Shown: in pieces, positions 13,889-26,343 of the stretch
Position numbering within the stretch: position 1 is the first letter of the stretch
Layout: each line of letters begins with the position of its first letter
Notes under the pieces: model-generated
What the model saw: the letters and a program-made list of their open reading frames with translations, nothing else
Database searches by the model: none
Told to the model about the DNA's origin: nothing
DNA from: Rhizophagus irregularis
Taxonomy: Eukaryota
Direction of reading: 5' to 3'
Assembly (NCBI RefSeq): GCF_026210795.1
Contig: NC_089436.1
Location: 1,922,001-1,986,000 of the forward strand
Length of the DNA stretch: 64,000 nucleotides
Made by a program: the position numbers and the translations under genes

Positions 13889-15560
13889 ATGGAGGAGCTT
13901 AATCAACCTCCCTCGCAAAATGCTTCAAAAAGTACCGCAACAGCTGACCTGGAATCAAATTCAAGAAATAAAAACAATGTAGTTAATGCTCAAAATCCGT
14001 GGAAATTATTAACTTCGATTAATAAACAACAAGGACTTACTTTTGCTGCAGCATTTTTAGGATGGACATTAGATGCTTTTGATTTTTTTACTGTGGTATT
14101 ATCTGTACCTTATATTGCAAAAGAATTTCGAACGGAACCATCTGTAATTACTGGAAGGTAATGATTTTTTTTTTAACCATTTTTGATGCCTAAATTTATC
14201 TGATGGTTCTTTACTATATTGTAGTATAACGATTACGTTGTGTTTACGTCCATTGGGAGCAGCAATATTTGGTCTGTTAGCAGATCGTTATGGTAGAAGA
14301 TACCCTTTAATGGCAGATATTATTCTTTATAGTGTTATGGAATTAGCTTCAGGGTTTGCTCCAAATTTTTTGGTCTTCTTTATCTTAAGAGCAATTTTTG
14401 GAATCGCTATGGGAGGTGAATGGGGATTAGGCACGGCATTGGCGATGGAAGTCTTACCACCAGAAACTCGCGGATTATTTTCCGGTATTTTACAACAAGG
14501 TTATGCTGTAGGATTTCTTTTAGCATCAATTTTATATTATGCTGTGATAGAAAATATTGGATGGAGGGCAATGTTTTGGATAGGTTCATTTCCGGCTCTT
14601 TTGGTTGTTTTAATTCGTTTCTTTGTACCCGAATCACCCGTTTGGAAAGCTCATCGTAATGCTAGAAAATCAGGTGGCAAAACTTTTCTGTCTAGCACTA
14701 AATTAGCGTTAAAACATCATTGGAAAAAGTTCATATATTGTGTTCTATTAATGTCTTGTTTTAGTTTTATGAGTCATGGTAAATAAAAAATTTTCATACC
14801 AATTTAAGGTATCGTATTTTGGATTTATTTATTTTTATTTTTTATTTTATTTATTTTTTTTTTCATTAGGTACACAGGATTTATATCCAACTTTCTTAAA
14901 AACACAACTTGGATTTACAACAGCTCAAGTTACAATTCTTACAGTAGTAGCAAATATAGGAGCTATAATTGGAGGCTCTATTTGTGGATATTTGTCACAA
15001 TTATTTGGTCGTAGGAAAACTATTTTCACTTCGGTTGTTTTAGCAGCATGTTTTATGCCATTATATATATTACCAAAGAATTTTGGATTATTGATTGTTG
15101 GAGCTTTTGCTGAGTACTTTTGTGTTCAGGTATTTAATCTATTTCTTTTTTCAATAAATATATTTTAGTAGTTAAAATATCCACCTTATAATATTAGGGG
15201 GCATTGGGAATCGTTCCAGCGCACTTAAACGAACTTTCACCACCAGAATTTCGTGGCACGTTCCCAGGATTAACTTATCAATTGGGTACTTTAGTAGCGT
15301 CATCATCAGCACAAGTTGAAGCAAAATTAGGAGAAATATTTAAAAAAAATGGAACATATAATTATGGATTTGTTATTGTTATGTTATCTCTTATTGTTAT
15401 GACGTTGTTAGCACTGTTAACTATACTGGGAAAAGAAAATAAAGATGCAAATTTCATCGAACAAGTTGAAATCGTCGAACAAATTACGGTTAATGATAAG
15501 AGCAAAGAAAAGGAAACTGAACAGGATGAAAAAGTAGCGGTTACCATAAAAGATATTTAA
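13889..15560 (+). CDS. JEN1-family MFS carboxylate:H+ symporter, paralog A (exons 13889-14157, 14225-14778, 14870-15129, 15198-15560)
   Basis: Motifs AFLGWTLDAFDFF, RPLGAAIFGLLADRYGRR, GIAMGGEWG, SGILQQGYAVG, SHGTQDLYPT and FRGTFPGLTYQLG. GT-AG introns keep the frame. Confidence 0.92.
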
Positions 15561-16400
15561 TAAATGTTATAAACTGGTTAAAATATCAGATATTATTTTT
15601 TAAAAAAACTTTTTAAATTCTTGTTTGTAAGATTCGAATTATTTATGTAAGGTATTACAAGAATTTCTTGTAATTCTGATCGTCTGATCGTCCCGGAAAT
15701 TTACTTGTATTTTCTTTTCAAAGGGGAAAGATTTAAAAGATTAGAAAGATTAGAAGTATGATTACCAATTCGATTCACTTCGAGTCTCTATTTATAGTAA
15801 AATCATACTTTAAACCCTTGAAAATCAAGAATAAATAAAGGTTGTTCATTCTACTTAAGGTTAATAATACTTATAATCAAGATAGATAAAAATCGCGTAA
15901 AATCTAGGTCATCATCACATGATAAGAAAATTTCCAAGGACAAATGGGATAAATGAAGGACCATTAAACCATTCATATTACGCGGTTTCGATGGTAAAAA
16001 AATTTCCCCGTTTGAAAAAGGTTTCAGTTATTGCATAATATTAATTCTCACGAATTTTTAAAAATAAAAGAAATTTCTTTTTGTAAATAAATAAAATTTA
16101 ACGCCCAAGGCTAAAAAAATATTAAATATCTTTTTCTGGGATATACATATTTATTTATTGTATTGGCAATTGTAATTTAGATACGCGTAAAATTTCCGTT
16201 TGTCATTCAATGCATTCAATGATGATCATTTACCAATTGAATCTTCATATTGTTCATATTGACTATAATGAATCTGCATTATTACTTTTTTTTTATATAT
16301 AAAGTTTAAAAAATTCTCCCCCTCTCTCTTTTTTTTTAAATATTATATTTATATAGTTTTTATTTATTTCTTTCTCTAAAAAACTTGAATTCTATCGATT

Positions 16401-18056
16401 ATGGAAGAAACAAATCAACCTCCTCCACAAAATATTTTAACTGATCCTGAATCAAACACAAAAAATGATGATAATGAAAAAAATAAAGCCCAAAATCCAT
16501 GGAAATTATTAACATCGCTTAATGGACAACAAAGAATTACTTTTGTTGCGGCATTTTTAGGATGGACATTGGATGCTTTTGATTATTTTATTGTGGTATT
16601 CGCCATACCTTATATAGCAAACGATTTTCAAATGGAACCATCTGTAATCACTGGAAGGTATAAATAAACAAAAAAAGTTTTTTATCTCTACATTTATCTG
16701 ATTTTTTCTATATATTGTAGTATTACGGTCACGTTATGTTTCCGTCCATTGGGCGCAGCAATATTTGGTCTGTTAGCAGATCGTTATGGGAGAAGATATC
16801 CTTTAATGATAGATATTATACTTTATAGTAGTATGGAATTGGCTTCAGGGTTTGCTCCAAATTTCACAGTTTTCATTATTTTAAGAGCAATTTTTGGAAT
16901 TGCTATGGGAGGTGAATGGGGGTTAGGCGCAGCATTAGCTATGGAAATTTTACCCCCCGAAAGTCGCGGATTATTTTCTGGTATTTTGCAACAAGGTTAT
17001 GCAGTAGGATATCTGTTAGCAGCGATCTTACATTATGTTGTAATAGAGAATATTGGATGGAGGGCAATGTTTTGGATAGGCTCATTTCCCGCTTTATTGG
17101 TTATATTACTTCGTTTCTTTGTACCTGAATCACCTGCGTGGAAAGCTCAAAAAAATGTTTCAGAATCCACTGGCAAAACTTGGTTACTTAATACTAAATT
17201 AGTATTAAAACATCATTGGAGAAGATTTGTCTACTGCGTTCTTTTAATGGCTTGTTTTAACTTTTTGAGTCATGGTGAGTAATAAATAATAATCTTTTTA
17301 AAATTTTTTTAAAAAAAGATAATGATAATATATTTAAAAAAAACTAGGTACACAGGATTTATATCCAACTTTCTTAAAAGCACAACTTGGATATACACCA
17401 GCCCAAGTTACAATTCTTACGGTAGTAGCAAATATAGGTGCTATAATCGGAGGCTCGCTTTGTGGATATTTGTCACAATTATATGGCCGTAAACTTATCA
17501 TTATTGTTTCGGCCATTTTAGCAGCATGTTTTGTACCACTATATTTATTACCAAGGAATTTTGGATTATTGATTCTTGGAGCTTTTGCTTTATACTTTGG
17601 TGTTCAGGTGATGAAACTGCTATTTTTTTTTTATATTTACTGTATAAATTGTCAATTATCTCAATGATCATTTTAATTTTTTAGGGAGCATGGGGAGTAG
17701 TTCCAGCACATTTGAATGAACTTTCACCATCAGAATTTCGAGGTACATTTCCAGGATTAACTTATCAATTGGGTAATTTAATATCATCATCATCAGCACA
17801 AATTGAAGCAAAATTAGGAGAAAGATTTACGAAAAATGGAAAACCTGATTATGGATTAGTTATTGCTGTATTAACTCTTATTGTTATATTTTTATTAGTT
17901 GTGTTAACCTTATTTAGTAGAGAATATAAAGATATTGATTTTGTTGAACAAGCTAAACAAAGTGCAATTGATAACGAAAAGGATGAAGCGGAGAAACAGA
18001 TTGAACAAGAAAATGAAAAAGGAAAAGTTATTGTTGAAGATATTAATATAGAATAA
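16401..18056 (+). CDS. JEN1: JEN1-family MFS carboxylate:H+ symporter, paralog B (exons 16401-16657, 16721-17274, 17348-17607, 17685-18056)
   Basis: Canonical NFLSHGTQDLYPT signature, QGAWG and YQLGNL. Intron positions are identical to paralog A. Confidence 0.92.
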
Positions 18057-18719
18057 TGTTATTATTATATTATTTAACCATATGTAATATATATTAAATA
18101 TTTAAATAAAATCAAGCTATTAATGTAAAAATATAAGGCAGTTAGTCATTTGGCGGAGATTGTCCATTTTTTTGGCTACCAAATTTCTTATTCCAATGGT
18201 TACTTGTCATGGCAAGATACACTGTCTTACAATAAATTTCTTAAAATGTTTGTAATTTTTTACAATATACAAAAGTTTATAAATTTCCAACAAAATTACC
18301 CAAATATTATTTTATTTAAAAGCTAATTCATTATAGATTTAAATTTAAAACAAACGGAAAATATTTTTGAGTATAAAATAAAATTGTCAGATCATAAATT
18401 ATGACAATTTTTTTGAGATTATTTTATATATCTACTTGCATATAAATAACTTTAGTATTTCAAATATAGAACATTCTTAATTGCATTTTTAAAAACTACA
18501 ATTGATTAGCTTTTAAATAAAAAAAATTTATTACAATTTGTTGAAAATTGACAGACTTTATATATTTGGAAAAATGTATTATTCTTTTTTAAAATCCTTT
18601 TTATGATTAATCATACTTATTATTTATAAATTCAAAATTTTATTTGTCAAATTGGAATAAAAAAAAAGGGTTACATTAACTAAAATAAAAATAATGATCT
18701 GATTGAAAAGTTTATATTA

Positions 18720-19310
18720 AAAACTAATCTTGAAAATTAATGTTCATCCCAAACACTATTTTAAGAAACATGAACAAATGTCTCCTTTAATTTTCAAACT
18801 TTAAGTGATTCATTATGAATATCAATGAAACTATACTCTTAGCGTTCAAAGTAATTTCTTTATATATTCCTGTGGATTAATCAGACTTTTTGCGTGCTTA
18901 GCCATATCCCTCCCTTCTCTTAAATTTCAATGGCCCAGTTCAATGGTTCATCCATGTAAAAGTTTACATATCCATTAGACGCAAAAGTTGCACCCACATC
19001 ACAAGACATAAAGTATCCATTCAGCTGCCGTTTTCCAATTCTGTAAAACTCTTTTGCCACATTTGCTCCAGAAGGATGTTTTCTTTTCACTCTTCAAACC
19101 CAAATCCAAGTGATTTTTGCAATAATTCTTTACTTTCTAAACACATCGCCGTAAAAACTTTAACAATAAATTCATATAATGAAGTAGGGTTGTTTTCAGC
19201 AATTGTTTCATTCCCATAATTTTGATAGATAAATGACCGCATCACAATCGGTGCTGAAAATTGTATCATATAACCATTAATAACAAGGACACCCGATTTA
19301 ACTACACAAT
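18720..19310 (-). pseudogene. Crinkler (CRN)-type C-terminal nuclease-like domain remnant
   Basis: Across frameshifts: FSAPIVMRSF...PTSLYEFIVKVF...LLEQMWQKEFYRIG...SCDVGATFASNGYVNFYMDEPLNWAIEF, a PD-(D/E)xK-like pattern that I recall from fungal CRN C-termini. Confidence 0.6.
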
Positions 19311-19479
19311 ATTATAATATAAAGGATAAAGTAAAAAATTTGTGCGAAGAAATGATTAATATTGTTTGTATGAAAGTATTTATATCATTATATCATGAGT
19401 AATTATGAATTCTGTTACGCAATTATTTGGTCGTACGGTTGACCGTTGAACTTCATTATTGAAATGGTCTACTACGGAA

Positions 19480-19655
19480 TCGGATCATTAACAGCCAATG
19501 TTGCGAGTCTGGCTTCAAGTTCTGTACTTTTTGCTCTAGTTCCTCAACTCTAGCGTCACATTTGGCATTCTCCTCAATAATTTGTCTCAATTTGCATTCT
19601 CATCTCAGCATTCTCGCTCTCAATCTCAGCAAACTTCTTCCTAAGTTCGGCAACT
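19480..19655 (-). pseudogene. Third fragment of the coiled-coil-leader family
   Basis: AELRKKFAEIESENAE...KLRQIIEENAKCDARV-like reading with frameshifts. Confidence 0.45.
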
Positions 19656-21985
19656 GTTTATACACTAAATATTCGAAATAAATAATAAAATCACGTGTGC
19701 CTTCGATTGATCAGTAACCAGATCACTTTTGTCAAGAAAAATTTTTTATTAATACAGCGAAGTGCGGGGCCGTGATACATGACTAAGTCTTTAAGGTTTC
19801 TATGCTAATGTCTGCGGAATTATACCGCCTATTTATTCTTTATTTTTTCTTGCACACGACGCCTCTTAGAAGATGGTTCATCGCCAACAGTTAAACTCAC
19901 TATCACCTCTAAAATCTTTTTACATTCTTGCGCAACTTGGTTGGATCATCGAGTGCATCTCCAGTAAGTGAGATACGATACTCAGTTTTACTTGTACAGT
20001 AGATAGCTTCTTTACAAGGTGCGACCACGAAAATTTTTTTATCCTGTTAGGATTGGTATTGGACATTTTTCATTTTCCTAAATACAGGGCCATAGTGAGA
20101 GCGTAAACTAAATTGCTTCAATCGCATAAGCATAATTTCTGGCATATATACCTTAAAATTTTGCGAGAAAGTTGATCGAACTTCCATGCACCCCTACATA
20201 CTTTATATCTTGTTGAGAGAAGGAGGAAAAGGGACATGGAGCGTTATTAACATTGTCGTATGATGTCAAGAAGGCTTGAAAGCACAAATGAAACTTTCAT
20301 ACCTTTTCACATGGAGATCTTCCTTGCAAAACAAAGTTGAATAACACCACCTGAAGATCTCGAAATTGCAAAGTCCTCGTCGTATTTACTTTGTAGACAT
20401 TCACATTTTTCTCACAGGGAAAATTAATGTGTCACACAGACCTTGACGCATGATCAAATTGCGCAGAAATTTGCTGATTGACGATCACTTAGACTGAACT
20501 ATCTAAATTCGGAAGAGAATCCAAACGAATTAATAACGTTACCAGGTTGTCTGATACTCTGATTGATATAGTTTCTGATATAGTCCTCCTGAATAGATAT
20601 TTCTACCAATTCATTGAGAGGGGTATATCGTAAGTTTAAAACAAAATACCCTCTGGTGTCAATCCTCTAATGAATACTCTTTTGAGATGCCTAGCTTTGA
20701 ATAATATTTCGTTATTGAATCATCGCCTTGAAGCAATGTTCAACATCGAAACTTTTCTATCACATCTGCATTGTTACCATAGGTAACTATCTTAATCTCA
20801 TCCGTATCAATACCATCCGGCCATATTTTCCACCGAAGTTCTCCCAGAATTCATTCAATCTGGCTCAAAATTTGTGGCAGATAAAAAACATCTGATTCTA
20901 TGAATGCATGAAACAATGGTGATGAATTTTTTACATTAGGCAAACCGGTGTAAATTTAAGATTTTCTTCGTTATCCCATTCAAATCTCGATTTATATTCT
21001 TTAATACATTTATTATAGCCTTCATCTATCTCGTTATCTGACATTTTTGCTAATTAAAAAAAGAGACACCGATCGATGATCACGTACTCAGTCATCTTTT
21101 GATAGTCCGAGCTGATGATCACTGCTCCGGTCGATATTTTTTTCTGTATTAAATATAATGCTCTATTATAACAATTATGATGGCTACTTCTGATAATAAT
21201 GAAATAGACACTTGCTCAATTATATGAGTTGTTTTTAAGTCTGGAGGAGGATATAATAGCAATTCAGGAAAAACTCGGCATTGATGACAGAGCAAAAACA
21301 CAAGCAGGTGCAAAAGCAGTAGCTGATGCGCAAGATGATATATGTGTCTTCTAGTCTCTTAGAAGATGTTCTAAGTGCGTTAATACATAAATTTGTTGAT
21401 ATGAGAGTAAAAAAATTTTTTATTTTACTCCATTATTTCCAAATCTTTCCTCCTCAACAATTGCACAAGTTTTTGTCAAAAAAATCAGTTGACACAGGCA
21501 AGTGTCCTTGTTTCGAATTAAGTGCAATGTTCCTCCTAGAATACAAGAATCCACATGAAATCGTTCGTATTACTAACAAAATATACTTTTTTTAGTTATT
21601 ATTAAGGAAAAAAAATGCAAATCTTGATAATTGATTTTTTTTATTTGATATTTATATTCTTATATTAATATCATAGAGACCATTTTACTTGTATTACAAC
21701 TAAGATCATTTCTAAATCTATTTACGTTTTAGAATGACATGATTGCTTTCCCCTTTTGAAACGTCATGAATTACACTTTATTTTTTATTTCGGTTATTGT
21801 CTCAGGGTCACTGGATCAGCAGTGTCTTTTTAAAAAGAACTAAATGGCGAACATGTTTCACATATTTCACATAAGATTCAGATAACTATGTAAAAAACAC
21901 TTATATATACCCTATGTGATTGAAATAAAGAACAAAAAGCTACATTCATTGATTTAAACTCGTAAATCACTTTGCCACGCTCACC

Positions 21986-22444
21986 ATGAAGTATTCCAAA
22001 TTTTTTTTCAACCTTACCATCTCCATCATCTTTTTCTTAGCAACTCACATAGCTGAAGGTAGAGCTCTTGAATATTTATAGCAAAGTACTTATCTTTCCC
22101 TGTTCTAATCAATTTCATCTATTTGGTCACACATAGCATATCATATACAGGTATTTTCTACCTTGATTAGTAGTATCGACTGTTGGGGGTTTATAATTGA
22201 CCCCAATTCACATAAAGTGTATTATGACACTGGTCATAAAGATTGCACCGGCACTTGTCAATTAATTGATTATAACAGCCCACCACCAGATGGGGGGTTT
22301 GAAGTTCAAATACATGAGTATAAGATTTCTAAGGAAATGTACGGTGAAAAAGATGTCTGTTATGAGATGAGTGGTTCTGAAGCTACTTGGTATCTTGATG
22401 AAGTAGATTGTAATAAATTTTCTGGAGTTAGCCCTTGTAAATAA
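21986..22444 (+). CDS. Small secreted cysteine-rich protein, 126 aa (exons 21986-22058, 22137-22444)
   Basis: Signal-peptide-like MKYSKFFFNLTISIIFFLATHIAEA. A phase-1 GT-AG intron joins it in frame to the 22163 ORF. Six Cys; TATA-like tatatata at ~21902. Confidence 0.8.
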
Positions 22445-23464
22445 ACTTATTTCTCCTAATTTGTCATAGTTAGCATTAGATCTCATTTTATCTAACTTAC
22501 AAACTTTTGCTATTTCTGCTAAAAATTTTTGGATATCAATGTATTTAGTTCTTGTATAATTAATTTATTTGTTTCTCTTTAGTCTTTAACATGATTTTTA
22601 AAATTATACAACCATTATGTATCAAGATAATATCATAACATTTATTTAATAATAATCAAGTTTTGCATTTTTGCTTAAGCTGAGTTTTAAATAACATCTT
22701 TGTACCATACCTTTATTCTTCTCTATATGGTAATAAAGAACATCCATTTTTTTTTCAGAATGCTAATTTGCTTTAAAAACATTTCATATTATTTAGCACT
22801 ATTTATCTTTAACCAGGCAATTATATCATTTAAGGCTATTAAATAATTTAAATCGCTTCCCATTTTGGGTGATTATATATTAAACTTAATATCTTAAATT
22901 GAAAAAATAAAATATCCTTGATTTCAGTTAAGAATCATTTCATTTAAAAATCTTAAATGGCTTTGTTTGATTATAAAAGTACTCCCAAAATTTGTAATTT
23001 ACTATTGTATATAGTAAATTGCCAGATTTTTTAAAGATATTTGCTTGGTCTAATGAAATCATTCAATTTTTTTTTATTTTTAAATTTTAAATATCTTTAA
23101 AGTATAAAAAAAAATTTATTTGATTGTAAATTAAACTTTTTAGAATTATTTTATATATTTACTTGCATGTAAATAACTTTTAAAATTTCAAATAAAGAAC
23201 ATTTTTAATTGCATTTTTAAAAACTACAATTAATTAGTTTTTTTTTTTAAAAAAAATATTTATTAAAATCTATATATTTGAAAAAAAATAACAATTTTAT
23301 TAAAAATTATTAAATAATAATAAAACATAAATAAGCATTTTTATTTTTATTTATTTCTATAATCTGAATTATCTAATATCCTAAAAAGAAAAATACTAAA
23401 AAGAAAAATCTTGAAATTTATTAATAAAAAAAAGAAATCAATTTTATAAAAGTGTTAAAATTAT

Positions 23465-23598
23465 AAAATTTGAAATTATGACAATTTGGGATTTTGACAA
23501 TTTGAAATTTAGACAATTCAGAATTTTGACATTTTGGGATTTAGAATGTCAGGATTATGTACCTTCAGGATTTTAAGTTTTAGGATTTTAGATGGATC
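23465..23598. repeat. Degenerate ~15-bp tandem repeat, likely a decayed DNA-transposon terminus
   Basis: Repeated gacaatttgggatttt-like units ending in ggattttagatggatc. Confidence 0.5.
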
Positions 23599-23913
23599 TT
23601 TTTAATAAGTATGTTACATTTATAATAAGCAATTTTAGAAAAATTACTTTACTATCTACATCTAATAAATTATAAGACTTACTAATTTATAAAACTTTAA
23701 ATATTATATAAAAAAATAATTTATTTATCATATTAATAATGCAAATTTTTATATTTATTATTGCTATTTTTAAATAATAGTAATATATAAGCAAGTTATT
23801 AAATAAACATAAATAATTTATAAAAAAGGAAAGTGATGATATATTACATAAGCGATAAATAATTTATTTTTATATAAAAATTTTAAATAATATTAAAATA
23901 ACTTAAATAACTA

Positions 23914-24307
23914 CTAGCCGTTAACCCGTTGCTTTGCAACGGTATACATACATATAAAAAAAGCGTGACTTGCATGTAACAATTAATTCTGGCCGGAATT
24001 ATGTGATCAGCGCAGAAATATCCTTTTATGGAGTATTTGTGAAACCAAAATTCCCTATTTTTGTGGAAAGCAAAATTTCCTTTTTTGGAAGTTGGTGTAA
24101 CGTCACGTGATAAAGTGCCCAATAGGAGCGATGTTACGCAATTCAAATTTATTTATACAGGGTAGTCTAAACGTTATAGTTACACACAAAAACAATTATT
24201 ATATAGTATAGATATAGATATAGATATAGATATAGATATAGATATAGATATAGATATAGATATAGATATACTGTAGATATAGATATAGATATAGATATAG
24301 ATATAGA
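23914..24307 (-). mobile_element. Non-autonomous Helitron with an expanded 5' (TCTATA)n tract
   Basis: On the minus strand: 5' TC start, 3' hairpin CCGTTGC-AAA-GCAACGG shortly before a terminal CTAG, inserted between A and T, no TSD. (ATATAG)n at ~24200-24307 on the plus strand. Confidence 0.85.
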
Positions 24308-25063
24308 TTATAAACAATTTTTTTTTTAATTGCAACATATTTATAAATTTATTATAAATAATTATACAAATATAAATTATTTTAAAAAACTTTAATAGTA
24401 TTAATTTATAAACTATTATAAAAATATTTTACATGTATACTATTAAAGAATTATTTTTGCTTAATAAATAAATCATATATAAAATGAGCTATTTTAGCTA
24501 AATAGCTCTATTTTTTACTATATAAGGTAATTCTGGAATTCATTATACTATACTTTTATAATTTTTCCTATAAAGCAACAAATAATTTAATTACAATTTA
24601 TTCACTTTATAATGAAGTTTGATTTAACAAATTTTTTAATATAATAAATCTTCACTATTACCCCAATTTTAATATATTAAAAAATTGCCTTATACTGAAT
24701 TTTACTAATTAAATATTGTATATTATTTAATAAAATAATATGTATATAAAATGAATCTTTTTATAATAAAGTTTTTTACAGTGAATTTTTTTTATTATAT
24801 AATAAAGAATTTTGTAAAATAAAATTTTATCATAAAAAACAATTTGTCATTAATTTTATATAGATTTTTTTTTCAAATGTAGTAATTTTTAACCATTTTT
24901 TCTTAAATAATAATTAAAATTTTAAATGGTCCAGATTGGTTCAGGTTGTGGAGTAACCTAAAACTAAACTGAAAAATTAGTTCATTTCAGTTCAGTCCAA
25001 TTTATATTAAAAAGATAATCCAGAACTAGACCAGACTAGACCAGTAATTTTGGTCTAGTTTGA

Positions 25064-25600
25064 CATAGGTTGAAAAGTGAAAAATCAAGCATTAATCAGT
25101 CACCAATTAGGTAACTGATTGGTAAATGATTGGTGACTGATTGGTGACTGATTTGCATTTTCATTAAATATTATCACCAATCAGGCAGTTTACTAACTTT
25201 TGATCCAGTGATCAGAAAAGGATGAAATATAGTTTATTGGAATCGTCTTAACAAGATGAATCTAATGGTAGTAAAATTGCATTTCTACGATTAATACTTG
25301 ATGAGAAATTAAGTAAAATATAAAAATAAAAATATATCATTTATATTTTATTTAATTTCTTATTAACTATTAATCCTAGAAATATGATTTTACTACCATT
25401 AGATTTGTCTTATTGAGACGATTCCAATGAGCTATATTTTATCCTTTTCTGATTATTAAATCAAAAGTTAGCAAACTGCCTAATTGGTGACGATATTTAA
25501 CGAAAATGCCAATTAGTCACCAATCGGTCACCAATTAGCTATCTGATTAATAACCGATTGGTGACTGATTGATGCCTAATTTTTTACTTTTTGACTTGTG
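25064..25600. mobile_element. Fold-back MITE with CAC-type termini (CACTA/CMC-like) and a degenerate 3-bp TSD, inserted in an older hAT-like end
   Basis: The two halves are degenerate inverted copies (cataggttgaaaagtgaaaaatc.../...tttttactttttgacttgtg). Flanks tga/tgg interrupt tggtctagtt...cccaattcta. Confidence 0.7.
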
Positions 25601-25974
25601 TGGCCCAATTCTATAATAAAAAATATTGCAAAAATATTTTTTAATTAGAAAAAATGGTTTGCAATATTTTTTTATTAAGTTAATTTAAATAACATTGCAA
25701 AAACATTTTTAATTAAAATTACTTTGAAAAATGTTTATAATATTTTTTTAATTAAGGAAAAATTTATTTATCACCCCTAAAGCTCCGCATGGGTCAGGTC
25801 AGTTCAGATTACCTGGTTAACCTGAACCAAAATTTTTTTCAAATTAAGTCAGGTCAGATAAACCATTCTGACCTGACCTGACCCATTTGACCTAAAAGTA
25901 TTTGGGTTACTTCAGGTAACTCGGGTTACCTAAAGTTTTATTATTAAATATTGTAAAAAAACGTTTTGCAACAT

Positions 25975-26341
25975 TTTTTACTTTTTGTTTTTATATATAA
26001 AACGCTGAAACTATTTGTTTCAGCGTTTTTCCTTTTGATTTTACATGTAAAAACGCTGAAACTGATAGTTTCAACATTTTTTTTTTGATTTTACATGTAA
26101 AAATGCCAGAATCATTAGTTCTGGTATTTAAAAATACTGAAACAGATAGTTTTGGCATTTTTTTTGATTTTACATGTAAAAACGCTGGAATAAATAGTTC
26201 CAGCATTTTTCTTTTGATTTTATATATAAAAATGCTGAAATAATTAGTTCTGCCATTTTTTTTTGATTTTACATGAAAAAACGCCAAACTATCAGTTTCA
26301 GCAATTTTTTTTTGATTGTACATGAAAAAACGCCAGAATCA
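25975..26341. repeat. ~38-40-bp tandem repeat inside the hAT element
   Basis: Units ttttgattttacatgtaaaaacgctgaaactgatagtttcagcatt. The 25991-26323 ORF is a translation of this repeat. Confidence 0.85.
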
Positions 26342-26343
26342 TT

